Shown: positions 21,849 through 31,445, counted from the first letter of the stretch. The stretch is 64,000 bases of DNA from Nannocystales bacterium (GCA_050633305.1 JBOEGF010000024.1:352001-416000), one strand, 5' to 3'. The notes: a model not told the origin generated them from the sequence alone. Made by a program: numbers and translations.

Positions 21849-22435
21849 GCATGAAGTTCGGTCGAAGCAAGGTCGCCATCGTGGCGGTGGTCGTCGGGCT
21901 GAGTGCACTGACCGGGTGCGATGAGAGCTCGCCGGAAGCTGGAGCCGGAATGAGAGCGGGGTCGGCGGAGCCTGTCCTCGGTGAGGCGGAACAGGCCGCG
22001 CCCGATGCTCGGCTGCAGACGCACGAGATCGTCGCGAGTACGCCGACGACCGCGGGACTTGCGTACATTCAAGCGGTGGCGGCAGCCCATCGCGAGGCCG
22101 ACACGCAGCAGGGTGATGCTCGCATGGCCGCGCTCGAGGCCGCGCTGGACCTGCCCGTGCCCTCCGGGTTACCCGAGGCGGAGATCTTACGGCTCGAGGT
22201 GGCGTCCCGGATCGCATCCGAATGGATCGATCGCGGCAGTGCCGACAAAGCTCGAGCGCTCTTGGTACCCATGCTTGAACCAGCACGCTCGGTTCCACTG
22301 GATCGGTCCAGTGCCGAAGCGTTGGTCTTGCTCGGTGACGCGGCGACGCGAACCGGCGATGATGCGCTGGCTGCTGGCTCCTACGCCCGCTCGATTCGGA
22401 TGATGTCGATTCTGCGACAGGAGATCGAACGATGA
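21845..22435 (+). CDS. Helical (TPR-like) lipoprotein
   Basis: ATGA overlap; lipobox LTGC; Ala/Leu-rich helices. Confidence 0.7.
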   Translation: MSMKFGRSKVAIVAVVVGLSALTGCDESSPEAGAGMRAGSAEPVLGEAEQAAPDARLQTHEIVASTPTTAGLAYIQAVAAAHREADTQQGDARMAALEAALDLPVPSGLPEAEILRLEVASRIASEWIDRGSADKARALLVPMLEPARSVPLDRSSAEALVLLGDAATRTGDDALAAGSYARSIRMMSILRQEIER

Positions 22436-22938
22436 CCCTGCCAAGCCTTCCCCGAACCACACTCGCTGGGATGCTGTGGCTCGCGGGTTCTATTGCAACC
22501 GGCTGTGGCCCAATCGCCGGTGGCAGCACGGTCACCCCCGGCGGTCGAATCCCGGGGACCCGCGAGGGGCCCGCCCCGGTCGGGACTCAGGAGGGAGACA
22601 GTGTTCCCGAGCTGGAGAAACGTCTCGAGCGTTTGTCGGGGGAACAGGCGGCGCGCATGGACGACGCGATGACCGACACCCAGGCGTGTCACGACTTGTG
22701 CAGCCTTTCGTCGAGCATCTGCGAGGTTGAGGTGAAGCTCTGCGACATCGCCGACCGGCACCCGCAAGAGAGCGGGTTCCAAGAGCTATGCCGAGAGGCA
22801 CAGCAGGAATGCCGCCAGGCCGAACTCAGCTGTGCCGACTGCGTCGGTGAGCACACCGACAACAACATGACACCCCAGCCCCCGGCCGATCCTCCCGTCG
22901 CTGCGCCGACCCCTACCGAGCCCGCTACAGCCTCGTGA
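22432..22938 (+). CDS. Cys-rich lipoprotein
   Basis: ATGA overlap; lipobox ATGC; 8-Cys helical domain CHDLC...CADC. Confidence 0.72.
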   Translation: MTLPSLPRTTLAGMLWLAGSIATGCGPIAGGSTVTPGGRIPGTREGPAPVGTQEGDSVPELEKRLERLSGEQAARMDDAMTDTQACHDLCSLSSSICEVEVKLCDIADRHPQESGFQELCREAQQECRQAELSCADCVGEHTDNNMTPQPPADPPVAAPTPTEPATAS

Positions 22939-22972
22939 CGCTCGCGGCGACTGGCCCCGAACGCCGTCGGGA

Positions 22973-23596
22973 CTAGCAGGCGCCGAAGTCGGGGGCGTCC
23001 TGGCAGTCTCGTGCGGGGTCTCCCGGGGGGCGGGCGCCCTCGCTGCAGCTGAGCACGTACTCGTGGTCTCCGCCGTTGCAGCTGAACTTGATGACCGTCT
23101 CGCCGGCTCGTAGCGCGGCGAAGTCATCGGCGGTCAGCACGACCTCGTGGCAGTGCCCCGATGCTCCGCTGGCGTCGTAGCTGGCCTCCACGCCCGCATC
23201 GATGTCGGCGAGCGGGATCTCGAGCACGTGTCCGTGGTTGTTCGAGATCACGGCCGCGACGATGCCCTCGACGCAGACGCTCGCTTCGCCGCCCGTGCTC
23301 GAGCCTGAGGAACTGCCGCCCTCGCCGCCGGAGCTCGAGCCGGTGTCCGCGCCGCCGGAGCTGCTGCTCCCACCTTCTGAGGTCGTGGCGTCGGTGGGGT
23401 CGGTCGTTCCCGAAGTCGTGGTGCCGGGGTCCGTGGTGCCGGTCCCCGGGTCGGTCGAGCCGGTGGGGTCGGTGGTCGCATCCGTATCGGTGTCGTTGCC
23501 GTCGGAGTCGTCGCTGTCGCAGCCGACTGCCAAGGCGGCGAGTCCGCATGAGAGCTGTAGAAGGAAGGTCTGTCGAGTAAGCGTACGGTCAGTCAT
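22973..23596 (-). CDS. Lipoprotein (Tat-like signal) with a His/Cys-rich C-terminal domain
   Basis: TRQTFL...AVGC signal, Thr/Ser/Gly linker, ISNNHGH...GHCHEV...GDHEYVLSC. Confidence 0.75.
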   Translation of the reverse strand: MTDRTLTRQTFLLQLSCGLAALAVGCDSDDSDGNDTDTDATTDPTGSTDPGTGTTDPGTTTSGTTDPTDATTSEGGSSSSGGADTGSSSGGEGGSSSGSSTGGEASVCVEGIVAAVISNNHGHVLEIPLADIDAGVEASYDASGASGHCHEVVLTADDFAALRAGETVIKFSCNGGDHEYVLSCSEGARPPGDPARDCQDAPDFGAC

Positions 23597-23749
23597 CGTC
23601 CCTGGGCGGACGCTAGCACTCAGGTGGGTCGGTTCGAGGGGCCCCCCAGGGCTCTGTTGGTACCGGAGACCACGTCCGTTGCGCTGTCTCGCCCATGCGG
23701 CAGTCCGGACCCGATTCCCGCGCGAACGGTGCGCGAAAACGAGCAAGCC

Positions 23750-23784
23750 TTGACATGCCTGTCTGGGTGCGACAACTTGTCGCA
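23750..23784 (+). promoter_or_regulatory. Sigma70-like promoter overlapped by a perfect palindromic operator
   Basis: TTGACA (23750-23755), 17 nt, CAACTT; inverted repeat TGCGACAA-C-TTGTCGCA at 23768-23784 ends on the A of the leader ORF ATG. Confidence 0.6.
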
Positions 23785-24191
23785 TGATGCGGGCAGCACC
23801 CGAACGAGGCCGAACCGGGCTGGCGCTGGTCGCCGCTTTGGTCTCGCTCATGCTGCTTGCAAGCGCCGGTTGGTCGGGCTCCTTGGCGTGTGCCATGGAC
23901 CGCTCGTCCGAGCGTGCCTGCCCGTGTGAAGGGGAGGGGGCTGGCTCGGAGGGGCCACCCGCTGCGAGTGCACACCGGCCGAGTTGCTGCGCGTCCGAGG
24001 ACCCCTCGGATGTGTCGGTGACTGGTGTGCTCGGGGATTCGTCCGAGCCGTCGGGTGCGGAACTCGGCCAACGGAACCCCACGCTGAGACCGTTCTGCTC
24101 GCCGTGTTTGAGCCCGCCGCAACGCGGCACGAGCCGAGGCCCGCCGACGTTGCTGCGGGTCTTCCTGCGCAATCAGGCGCTGCTGATCTGA
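23784..24191 (+). CDS. Cys-rich leader ORF with CxxC and RGPP motifs (DUF2946/CruR-like architecture)
   Basis: N-terminal hydrophobic segment; CPC, CC and CSPC; RGPP at 24135-24146; ends ALLI; 85 nt upstream of the efflux operon. Confidence 0.68.
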   Translation: MMRAAPERGRTGLALVAALVSLMLLASAGWSGSLACAMDRSSERACPCEGEGAGSEGPPAASAHRPSCCASEDPSDVSVTGVLGDSSEPSGAELGQRNPTLRPFCSPCLSPPQRGTSRGPPTLLRVFLRNQALLI

Positions 24192-24276
24192 GGGGCGTCG
24201 TCGCCGATCTTCGCGACCGCGACGACACGCTGTCGTCTGCGCCCTCACGTCTTCTCGTGTCACCCAAGGACTCCCC

Positions 24277-25692
24277 ATGATCTTCTTTGGCCGCAGCAGC
24301 GGTCTGTCCATCCGCGTCTGCCTCGCGCTGAGCTTGCCCGCGTGCGCATCGTCGTCGCCACAACAGAACCGCGACCTTCGCAGCGTCGAAGAGACGCTCT
24401 CCGACCCAGTGTCCCAAGAGGACACCGCGGCGCCTGCCGGAGAGTTCGACGGAACGCTCGGCGGGTATGTTGCGTACGCCTACGCCCACAGCCCCGCGCT
24501 CCGGGCGAGCTTTGAGACCTGGCGCGCGGCGACGTTTCGCCCGGACCAGGAACGTCGGCTGCCGGAGCCGACCATCTCCTACGCCGTGTTTGTGCGGAGC
24601 GTGGAGACCCGCGTCGGTCCACAGCGCCACCGATTCGGAGCCTCGCAGTGGTTCCCGTGGCCAACGACGCTGCGGGCTGGGAGCGAGGCGGCCGGGCTCG
24701 AAGCCCAGGCGGCCCAGCGCAGGTTCGAGAGCCACGCCCTCGTGATCGCGGCGGAGGTGTCGGTGGCCTACTGGACGTTGTGGCGTCTTCGTCGACAGGG
24801 CGAGGTGCTCCGCGACGAGATCGACGTGTTGCAGAGCCTCTCTGAACAGGTTCAGGGTCGACTCGCCGTGGGTGCGGCCGAGCTTTCGGACCTCGCCCAG
24901 ATCGACCTGGTGGGCTCTCGAGCGCGGGACCGGCACGCGAGCGTGCTGCAGCATCAACGCGTTGCGAGTGTGCAGCTCGTACGGGTGCTCGGCGCCCCCT
25001 ACGACACCGTGACGCCGGTCAGCCCCCGAGAACCCGAAGTTGCTGGCTTGGCCGAGACGTCCCAGGAGCTGCGCACGGCAGCGGGCGAGCATCCGGACGT
25101 GCAGACGCTGGCTACCCTCTCCGACGCCGCCGGGCACCGGGAGCGTGAAGCCCGGGCGGAGCGAGCCCCGAGCTTTGGCGTGGGTGTCGACTGGATCCTC
25201 ACCGGGGAGGCGCCCGCCCATCTGGGCTCCGTGGACAGCGGAAAGGACGCGGTCGCACTTTCGCTTTCGATGAAGGTGCCGCTGTGGTCGCGGGCCTACA
25301 AAGCCGGCGCGTCCGAGGCTCGAGCTCGCGGAGCCGCGCTGCGCTCGCGAGCGCTTGACGCTCGCAACGGCGTGGCGGCCCAAGTTGGCGAACACGCGGC
25401 GTTGGTCGAGGATGCCGTTCGCCGGGTCGAGGCCTACGGCAGCACGCTCATCCCCCAGGCTCAGACCGCGTTCGAGTCGGTCTTGGCCAGCTTCACCTCC
25501 GGCCGGGCGACCGTGGCCGAGCTGTTGATTGCCGAGCAGGCGCTGTTGGGCCTTCGTGCGGAACGGTTCGCCGCGCAGGCCGACTACGGCACACACCTGG
25601 CCCAGCTGGAGCGCGCCGTCGGGCGTCCGGTCCGCAGATCCCGTCCAAACTCTCTACCCGACAAGGCGGCTTTCGATGACGACCCACGCTGA
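24277..25692 (+). CDS. TolC/CusC-like outer membrane channel lipoprotein of a heavy-metal RND system
   Basis: Lipobox LPAC, OEP repeats, SQWFPWP; first gene of the RND operon. Confidence 0.88.
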   Translation: MIFFGRSSGLSIRVCLALSLPACASSSPQQNRDLRSVEETLSDPVSQEDTAAPAGEFDGTLGGYVAYAYAHSPALRASFETWRAATFRPDQERRLPEPTISYAVFVRSVETRVGPQRHRFGASQWFPWPTTLRAGSEAAGLEAQAAQRRFESHALVIAAEVSVAYWTLWRLRRQGEVLRDEIDVLQSLSEQVQGRLAVGAAELSDLAQIDLVGSRARDRHASVLQHQRVASVQLVRVLGAPYDTVTPVSPREPEVAGLAETSQELRTAAGEHPDVQTLATLSDAAGHREREARAERAPSFGVGVDWILTGEAPAHLGSVDSGKDAVALSLSMKVPLWSRAYKAGASEARARGAALRSRALDARNGVAAQVGEHAALVEDAVRRVEAYGSTLIPQAQTAFESVLASFTSGRATVAELLIAEQALLGLRAERFAAQADYGTHLAQLERAVGRPVRRSRPNSLPDKAAFDDDPR

Positions 25693-27625
25693 TGCTGAAC
25701 GCTCGGATGACGAGGAGAATCCGCAGGGCCAAGGGGGTGCTTCCGGCCTGACGCCGGAGGCCTTGCCAACACTGAGCCCGCGAGACTCGGCCGGGCCGGG
25801 TGGGGTGCAGCGTGCGGTGCTGTTGGTGGTGGCAGGGTTCTTCCTGGGCGCCGGAGTTCTGGTGCTGCTCTCTGCTGGTGCGGCGCAGACCGCCGGCGTC
25901 CACGCCCATGACGATGCGTCCGAGGGCGAGACGACCTGGACATGCGCGATGGATACTCAGGTTCGGCAACCCGAGCCTGGGCCGTGCCCGATCTGCGGAA
26001 TGGACATGATCCCGTTGTCGAGCGACGCCGACAAACCCGGCGAGCGCATCGTGCTTTCACAACGGGCGCAGGTGCTCTCGAAACTCACGACGGCTACGGT
26101 CCGTCGGCAGGCCCACGCGACCGCCGACCTGCGCCTGTTGGGGCGCATCGAGCCCAACGAGGCTTCCCTCAAGACCGTCACCGCCTGGATCGGTGGACGC
26201 ATCGACAACCTGCGGGTGAAAGAGACCGGGAAGCGTGTCCGTAAAGGTCAGGTCATCGCGACACTGTACAGTCCCGAGGTCTTTGCGGCCCATCAGGACC
26301 TGCTCGTTGCGAAGCGGCAGGTCGAGCGGATGCGTGATAGCCCACCGACGTCGCGTTGGGCTGCCGATGCCGCCCTCGATGCGTCCCGGGAGAAACTCGG
26401 GCTGCTCGGTGTCCCCGATGCCGAGGTCACGCGGATGGAAGGCCAGAAAAAGCCGACCCGCGCGGTGGCAATCCGCTCTCCGTTCTCGGGCACGGTGATC
26501 GAGCGCATCGCCACCGAGGGCGCGTACATCACGACCGGGGCGTCTTTGTATCGCATCGCCAACCTCAACTCGCTTTGGGTCCAGCTCGACGCGTACGAGA
26601 GCGACCTCGCCCGACTCTCGCTGGGGCAGACCGTCCTCGTCTCGGTCGAGGCGGTTCCCGACGAGGTGTTCGAGGGGACGGTCACGTTCATCGACCCGAT
26701 CCTCGACCCCAAGCGCCGTACTGCGCGGGTTCGCGTTCAGCTCGAGAACCGTGATGGCCGTCTGCGGCCCGGCATGTTCGCCGAGGCCACGGTCGCGACG
26801 AAACAGCCCGAGGGCTCGCCCACACCCTTGGTCGTCCCCTCGACCGCGCCGCTGTTCACCGGGCGGCGCGCGGTCGTCTACGTGGAAGTGGACGCCGGCG
26901 ACCGTGTTGCTTACGAAGCTCGGACCGTTCGGCTTGGCCCGAGGCTCGGCAAGGTCTACCCCGTCGTGGCGGGCCTCTCCGAAGGCGAAAGAGTTGTGAC
27001 GCGCGGCGCCTTCGCGTTGGATGCCGACCTCCAGATCCGGGGTGGGGCGAGCATGATGACCTCGGCCGACGACCACGAAGTCGGGGTCTGGGACCGCATC
27101 GTCGAGCTCTCCGATGAGCAGCGAAAGGGGCTTGCCCCCGTGGTCTCCGCGTACCTGGACGCCCAGGTGGCGCTGGCCGACGACGATCTGGAGGGCGCCA
27201 AGACCTCGGCATCGGCGCTGATCGATGCGGTCGTCGCGGTGGAGATGTCTCGGCCCACCGAGGCCAAGGACGCGTGGTCGGAGAACTCGGTCGCGCTGCG
27301 GGGTCACGGACAACACGTCTCCAAAGCCGAGACGCTCGAGGATGCCCGGGCGGGGTTCGAGCCGTTGAGCGAAGCGGTCATTCGGTTGCTCGGGCGATTC
27401 GGGAACCCGCTCGAGGCGGCGGTCCGCCTCGCCCACTGTCCGATGGCGTCGCGGAACGAAGGGGCGCTGTGGTTGCAACAGGGGGCCGTCGTCGACAACC
27501 CTTACTTCGGAGCATCGATGCTGGACTGCGGTGAGATCCGCAAGGAGGTCGCCCCTGGCGCATACCTGAGGCCCCCTTCGACCAGGCCGCTACGCACTGC
27601 GGGCGGGGGAGGGCACCAGCATTGA
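25676..27625 (+). CDS. cusB: CusB-like RND periplasmic adaptor with an N-terminal heavy-metal-binding domain and a C-terminal DUF3347-like domain
   Basis: WTCAMD...CPICGMDM, LYSPEV, LRPGMF, HCPMA...WLQ...NPYFGASMLDCG, His tail. Confidence 0.85.
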   Translation: MTTHADAERSDDEENPQGQGGASGLTPEALPTLSPRDSAGPGGVQRAVLLVVAGFFLGAGVLVLLSAGAAQTAGVHAHDDASEGETTWTCAMDTQVRQPEPGPCPICGMDMIPLSSDADKPGERIVLSQRAQVLSKLTTATVRRQAHATADLRLLGRIEPNEASLKTVTAWIGGRIDNLRVKETGKRVRKGQVIATLYSPEVFAAHQDLLVAKRQVERMRDSPPTSRWAADAALDASREKLGLLGVPDAEVTRMEGQKKPTRAVAIRSPFSGTVIERIATEGAYITTGASLYRIANLNSLWVQLDAYESDLARLSLGQTVLVSVEAVPDEVFEGTVTFIDPILDPKRRTARVRVQLENRDGRLRPGMFAEATVATKQPEGSPTPLVVPSTAPLFTGRRAVVYVEVDAGDRVAYEARTVRLGPRLGKVYPVVAGLSEGERVVTRGAFALDADLQIRGGASMMTSADDHEVGVWDRIVELSDEQRKGLAPVVSAYLDAQVALADDDLEGAKTSASALIDAVVAVEMSRPTEAKDAWSENSVALRGHGQHVSKAETLEDARAGFEPLSEAVIRLLGRFGNPLEAAVRLAHCPMASRNEGALWLQQGAVVDNPYFGASMLDCGEIRKEVAPGAYLRPPSTRPLRTAGGGGHQH

Positions 27626-30600
27626 CCTCTGCACCGCCGCCCGGCGACGACGCGCCCCAGGGCTTGTGGGAGGCGATCATCGGCTGGTTCATCGAGAACA
27701 AGCTGATCGCGTTTGTGCTGGCGACAATGCTCGTCGCTGGCGGCATCTACGTGGCGCCGTTTTCCTTCGAGAGTGGCTCGATTCCGCGGGATCCGGTTCC
27801 GGTCGATGCCATCCCGGACATCGGGGAGAACCAACAGATCGTCTTCACCGCGTGGGAGGGACGATCGCCGCGAGACATCGAAGACCAGGTCTCGTATCCG
27901 TTGACGACCGCGTTGCTGGGCATCCCCGGGGTGCGCACCGTCCGGAGTTCGTCGGCGTTTGGCTTCTCTACGATCTCGGTGATCTTTGGCGACGAGGTCG
28001 AGTTCTACTGGTCGCGGTCGCGGGTGCTGGAGAAGCTGGCCTCGCTGCCGCCAGGGACCGTGCCCGAGGGCGTCACGCCGACGCTCGGCCCCGACGCAAC
28101 CGCCTTGGGGCAGATCTTCTGGTACACGCTCGAAGGCCAAGACCCGCAGGGGAGAACGGTCGGAGGTTGGGACCCGGACGAGCTCCGAAGTATCCAGGAT
28201 TGGACCGTTCGGTACGCGCTGCAGGCCGTCGAAGGCGTCAGCGAAGTGGCCTCGGTCGGCGGGTTTGTGCGGGAGTACCAGGTCGACGTCGACCCCGAGG
28301 CGATGCGGGCCCACGGGGTCACGCTCGCCCAGGTCGCGGGTGCTGTGCGCAACAGCAACCTCGATGTGGGGGCCCGGACGCTCGAGATCAACGGCGCCGA
28401 GTACATGGTGCGGGGGCTCGGGTTCCTCGAGAACATCGAAGACCTGGAGGCGACCGTCGTGGTGGCCCGCGAGCACACCCCGATCCGGGTTCGAGACGTG
28501 GGGCGGGTTTCGATGGGGCCTGGACTGCGCCGCGGAGCGCTCGACGACGAGGGCGCTCCTGCTGTGGGGGGCGTGGTCGTGGCGCGCTACATGGAGAATC
28601 CGTTGGCGGTGATCTCGGCGGTCAAGGAGAAGGTCGAGCAGATTCAAGCTGGGCTTCCCAGTCGCACCCTCGAAGACGGCACGGTCAGTCAGGTCACCGT
28701 CGTCCCGTTCTACGACCGGACCACGCTGATCGAGGAGACGCTGGGCACGCTGTCGACCGCACTCTTTCAGGAGGTCCTCATCACGATCATTGTGGTGCTG
28801 GTCATGCTTCGGAACATGCGGAGCTCGATGCTCATCTCGCTCATGCTGCCGTTGGGCGTCCTCGCCGCGTTCGTCGCGATGAAGCTCTGGGGCGTGGACG
28901 CCAACATCATGGCGCTGGGCGGGATCGCGATCGCCATCGGGACGATGGTCGACATCGGCATCGTCTTCGTCGAGAACATCAGCCAGCACTTGCAGGAAGC
29001 TCCTGCCGGCGCATCGAGGGCGGCCGTGGTGCGTCGGGCGACGGCCGAGGTCGCGCCCGCAGTGGTCACTTCGGTGCTCACGACGGTCGTCAGCTTTCTA
29101 CCGGTCTTCGGCCTCTCCTCCACCGAGCTGCGGCTGTTCGGCCCGCTCGCGTTCACGAAGACGTTTGCGATGGGCGGGGTTCTCCTGCTCGCATTGCTCG
29201 TGCTTCCCGGCGCCGCGCTGGTCGTGTTTCGAGAGCGCCCGGCCGCACCGAAGACGTCCCGCACGGGGCTCCACCGGGTCGCGCGGTCGCTGTTTCGTGC
29301 CGAGCACGCGCGAGATTGGGTCCTGCTGGGGCTCGGGGCGCTGCTGCTTCCGTATTCGTTGTTGGGGGGCGCGTTCGTCCTCGGGCTCGGTGTCTACCGT
29401 CTCGTGCGGCCGCTGCTGAGTCTTGGCGTGAACCGCAGCGTGACCGTGGCCGAGAACGTGCTGGCGATCATCGCGGTGACGCTCCTGCTCGCGGAGAACT
29501 GGATGCCGCTGGGGGGTGGACAGAGCCTCGCGCTCAACGGCGTGTTCGTCGGGGCCCTCATCGCGTTGGTGATGGGCACGTTCCGGTTGTTCGAGTCGGC
29601 GTATCCAAGGCTGTTGTGGTCGATCCTTCGTAACAAGGCGTTGTTCTTGATGCTCCCCGCGTCCGTGGTGTTGTTTGGCACCACCGCTTGGCTGGGATTC
29701 GACACCGTCTTCGGCCCGCTTGCCGGGCAGGTCCGCACCGTGCAACCGGTGTCGAAGGTCAGGCACGCGTTCCCGGGGCTTGGGCGCGAATACATGCCGC
29801 CCTTCGACGAGGGGTCGTTCCTGTTCATGCCCTCGACGATGCCGCATGCGTCGATGGGCGAGGTCCTGGAGATGCTCTCGGCGATCGATGCCGCGATCGC
29901 CCAGATCCCCGAGGTCGACCGGGTGGTGGGGAAGGCGGGGCGCGCCGACACGGCGCTCGACCCGGCGCCGCTGTCGATGTTCGAGACCGTCGTCACCTAC
30001 GTTCCGGAGTATGCGGTGGCGCCCGATGGGTCTCGCGTTCGGCAGTGGCGTGACCACATTCGGACGCCCGCGGACATCTGGACCGAACTCGTCGCAGCCG
30101 CAGAGCGTCCCGGGGTCACCAGCGCGCCGACGCTCATGCCGATCGGCGCACGAATCGTGATGTTGCAGAGCGGGATGCGGGCGCCGATCGGGATCAAGGT
30201 TCACGGCCCCACGCTCGAGGCGATCGAGGTGTTTGGCCTCCGTCTCGAGGAGGTGCTCAAAGGCGTGCCCGCGGTCCGCTCGGACACCGTGTTCGCGGAC
30301 CGGGTGGTCGGAAAACCCTACCTGGAGATCGAGCTCGACCGGGAGGCCATCGGACGATTCGGACTCACGATCGTCGACGTGCAGAACGTCCTGCAGGTGG
30401 CGCTGGGCGGCATGACGCTGACCCGCACCGTGGAGGGGCGAGAGCGGTATCCGGTCCGGGTCCGCTACATGAGGGAGGAGCGCGACAACCTCGAGGCCCT
30501 CGACCGCGTGTTCGTCCCGACGCCGGGCGGGGAACAGGTTCCTCTGGCCCAACTCGCCGACATCCAATACGTGCGCGGCCCTCAGGTGATCAAGGCGGAG

Positions 30601-31398
30601 GACACCTTTCTGACCAGCTTCGTCCTGTTTGACCGCGAGCCCGAAATCGCCGAGGTCGAGGTCGTCGAGCAGGCGCGGGCGGTGATCGAGGCACAGATCG
30701 ACAGCGGAGCGCTGCAGGTCCCAGCGGGCGTCAGCTACGAGTTCTCCGGATCCTACGAGAACCAGATCCGCAGCGAGAAGCGGCTGATGATGTTGATCCC
30801 GGTCGCGCTGGCATTGGTCTTCATCCTGCTCTACCTGCAGTTCCACCGCGTCGCGACGACCGCGATCATCTACACGGGGGTCGCCGTCTCGGTCTCCGGT
30901 GGCTTCGTGCTCTTGTGGCTGTACGGCCAGCCGTGGTTTCTGAACTTCGAGCTGCTGGGCATGCCGATGCGGGAGCTGTTTCAGGTCCACACGATCAACA
31001 TGTCGGTCGCGGTCTGGATCGGCTTCATCGCGTTGGTCGGCATCGCCACCGATGACGGTGTGGTGATCTCCACCTACCTCAAGCAGCGCTTCGAGCAGGA
31101 CCCGCCCACGACGGTCACCGAGGTGCGGCGCCGAACGCTGGAGGCGGGGTCGCGACGCGTCCGGCCGTGTCTGATGACCACCGCGACGACGATCCTGGCC
31201 CTGTTGCCGGTCATCACCTCCCAAGGACGTGGGGCGGACATCATGATGCCGATGGCGCTTCCCGCGGTCGGTGGTATGGCGCTCGAGCTGCTCACGTTGT
31301 TCGTCGTCCCGGTGCTGTACTGCGCGGTCGAGGAGCGCCGGCTGTCCAAGCGCCTGCGCGCGACCGCGTCGCATCTCGAGGAGACCCTCGAGGACTGA
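27622..31398 (+). CDS. cusA: CusA/CzcA family heavy-metal efflux RND transporter
   Basis: VDAIPDIGENQQIVFT, LGPDATALGQ, NIMALGGIAIAIGTMVD, GIATDDG, RVRPCLMT. Confidence 0.92.
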   Translation: MTSAPPPGDDAPQGLWEAIIGWFIENKLIAFVLATMLVAGGIYVAPFSFESGSIPRDPVPVDAIPDIGENQQIVFTAWEGRSPRDIEDQVSYPLTTALLGIPGVRTVRSSSAFGFSTISVIFGDEVEFYWSRSRVLEKLASLPPGTVPEGVTPTLGPDATALGQIFWYTLEGQDPQGRTVGGWDPDELRSIQDWTVRYALQAVEGVSEVASVGGFVREYQVDVDPEAMRAHGVTLAQVAGAVRNSNLDVGARTLEINGAEYMVRGLGFLENIEDLEATVVVAREHTPIRVRDVGRVSMGPGLRRGALDDEGAPAVGGVVVARYMENPLAVISAVKEKVEQIQAGLPSRTLEDGTVSQVTVVPFYDRTTLIEETLGTLSTALFQEVLITIIVVLVMLRNMRSSMLISLMLPLGVLAAFVAMKLWGVDANIMALGGIAIAIGTMVDIGIVFVENISQHLQEAPAGASRAAVVRRATAEVAPAVVTSVLTTVVSFLPVFGLSSTELRLFGPLAFTKTFAMGGVLLLALLVLPGAALVVFRERPAAPKTSRTGLHRVARSLFRAEHARDWVLLGLGALLLPYSLLGGAFVLGLGVYRLVRPLLSLGVNRSVTVAENVLAIIAVTLLLAENWMPLGGGQSLALNGVFVGALIALVMGTFRLFESAYPRLLWSILRNKALFLMLPASVVLFGTTAWLGFDTVFGPLAGQVRTVQPVSKVRHAFPGLGREYMPPFDEGSFLFMPSTMPHASMGEVLEMLSAIDAAIAQIPEVDRVVGKAGRADTALDPAPLSMFETVVTYVPEYAVAPDGSRVRQWRDHIRTPADIWTELVAAAERPGVTSAPTLMPIGARIVMLQSGMRAPIGIKVHGPTLEAIEVFGLRLEEVLKGVPAVRSDTVFADRVVGKPYLEIELDREAIGRFGLTIVDVQNVLQVALGGMTLTRTVEGRERYPVRVRYMREERDNLEALDRVFVPTPGGEQVPLAQLADIQYVRGPQVIKAEDTFLTSFVLFDREPEIAEVEVVEQARAVIEAQIDSGALQVPAGVSYEFSGSYENQIRSEKRLMMLIPVALALVFILLYLQFHRVATTAIIYTGVAVSVSGGFVLLWLYGQPWFLNFELLGMPMRELFQVHTINMSVAVWIGFIALVGIATDDGVVISTYLKQRFEQDPPTTVTEVRRRTLEAGSRRVRPCLMTTATTILALLPVITSQGRGADIMMPMALPAVGGMALELLTLFVVPVLYCAVEERRLSKRLRATASHLEETLED

Positions 31399-31445
31399 GG
31401 CCGCAGGACATTCCCCGTGCCAGCGGGTAGGGTCGCGAGGGCAGC

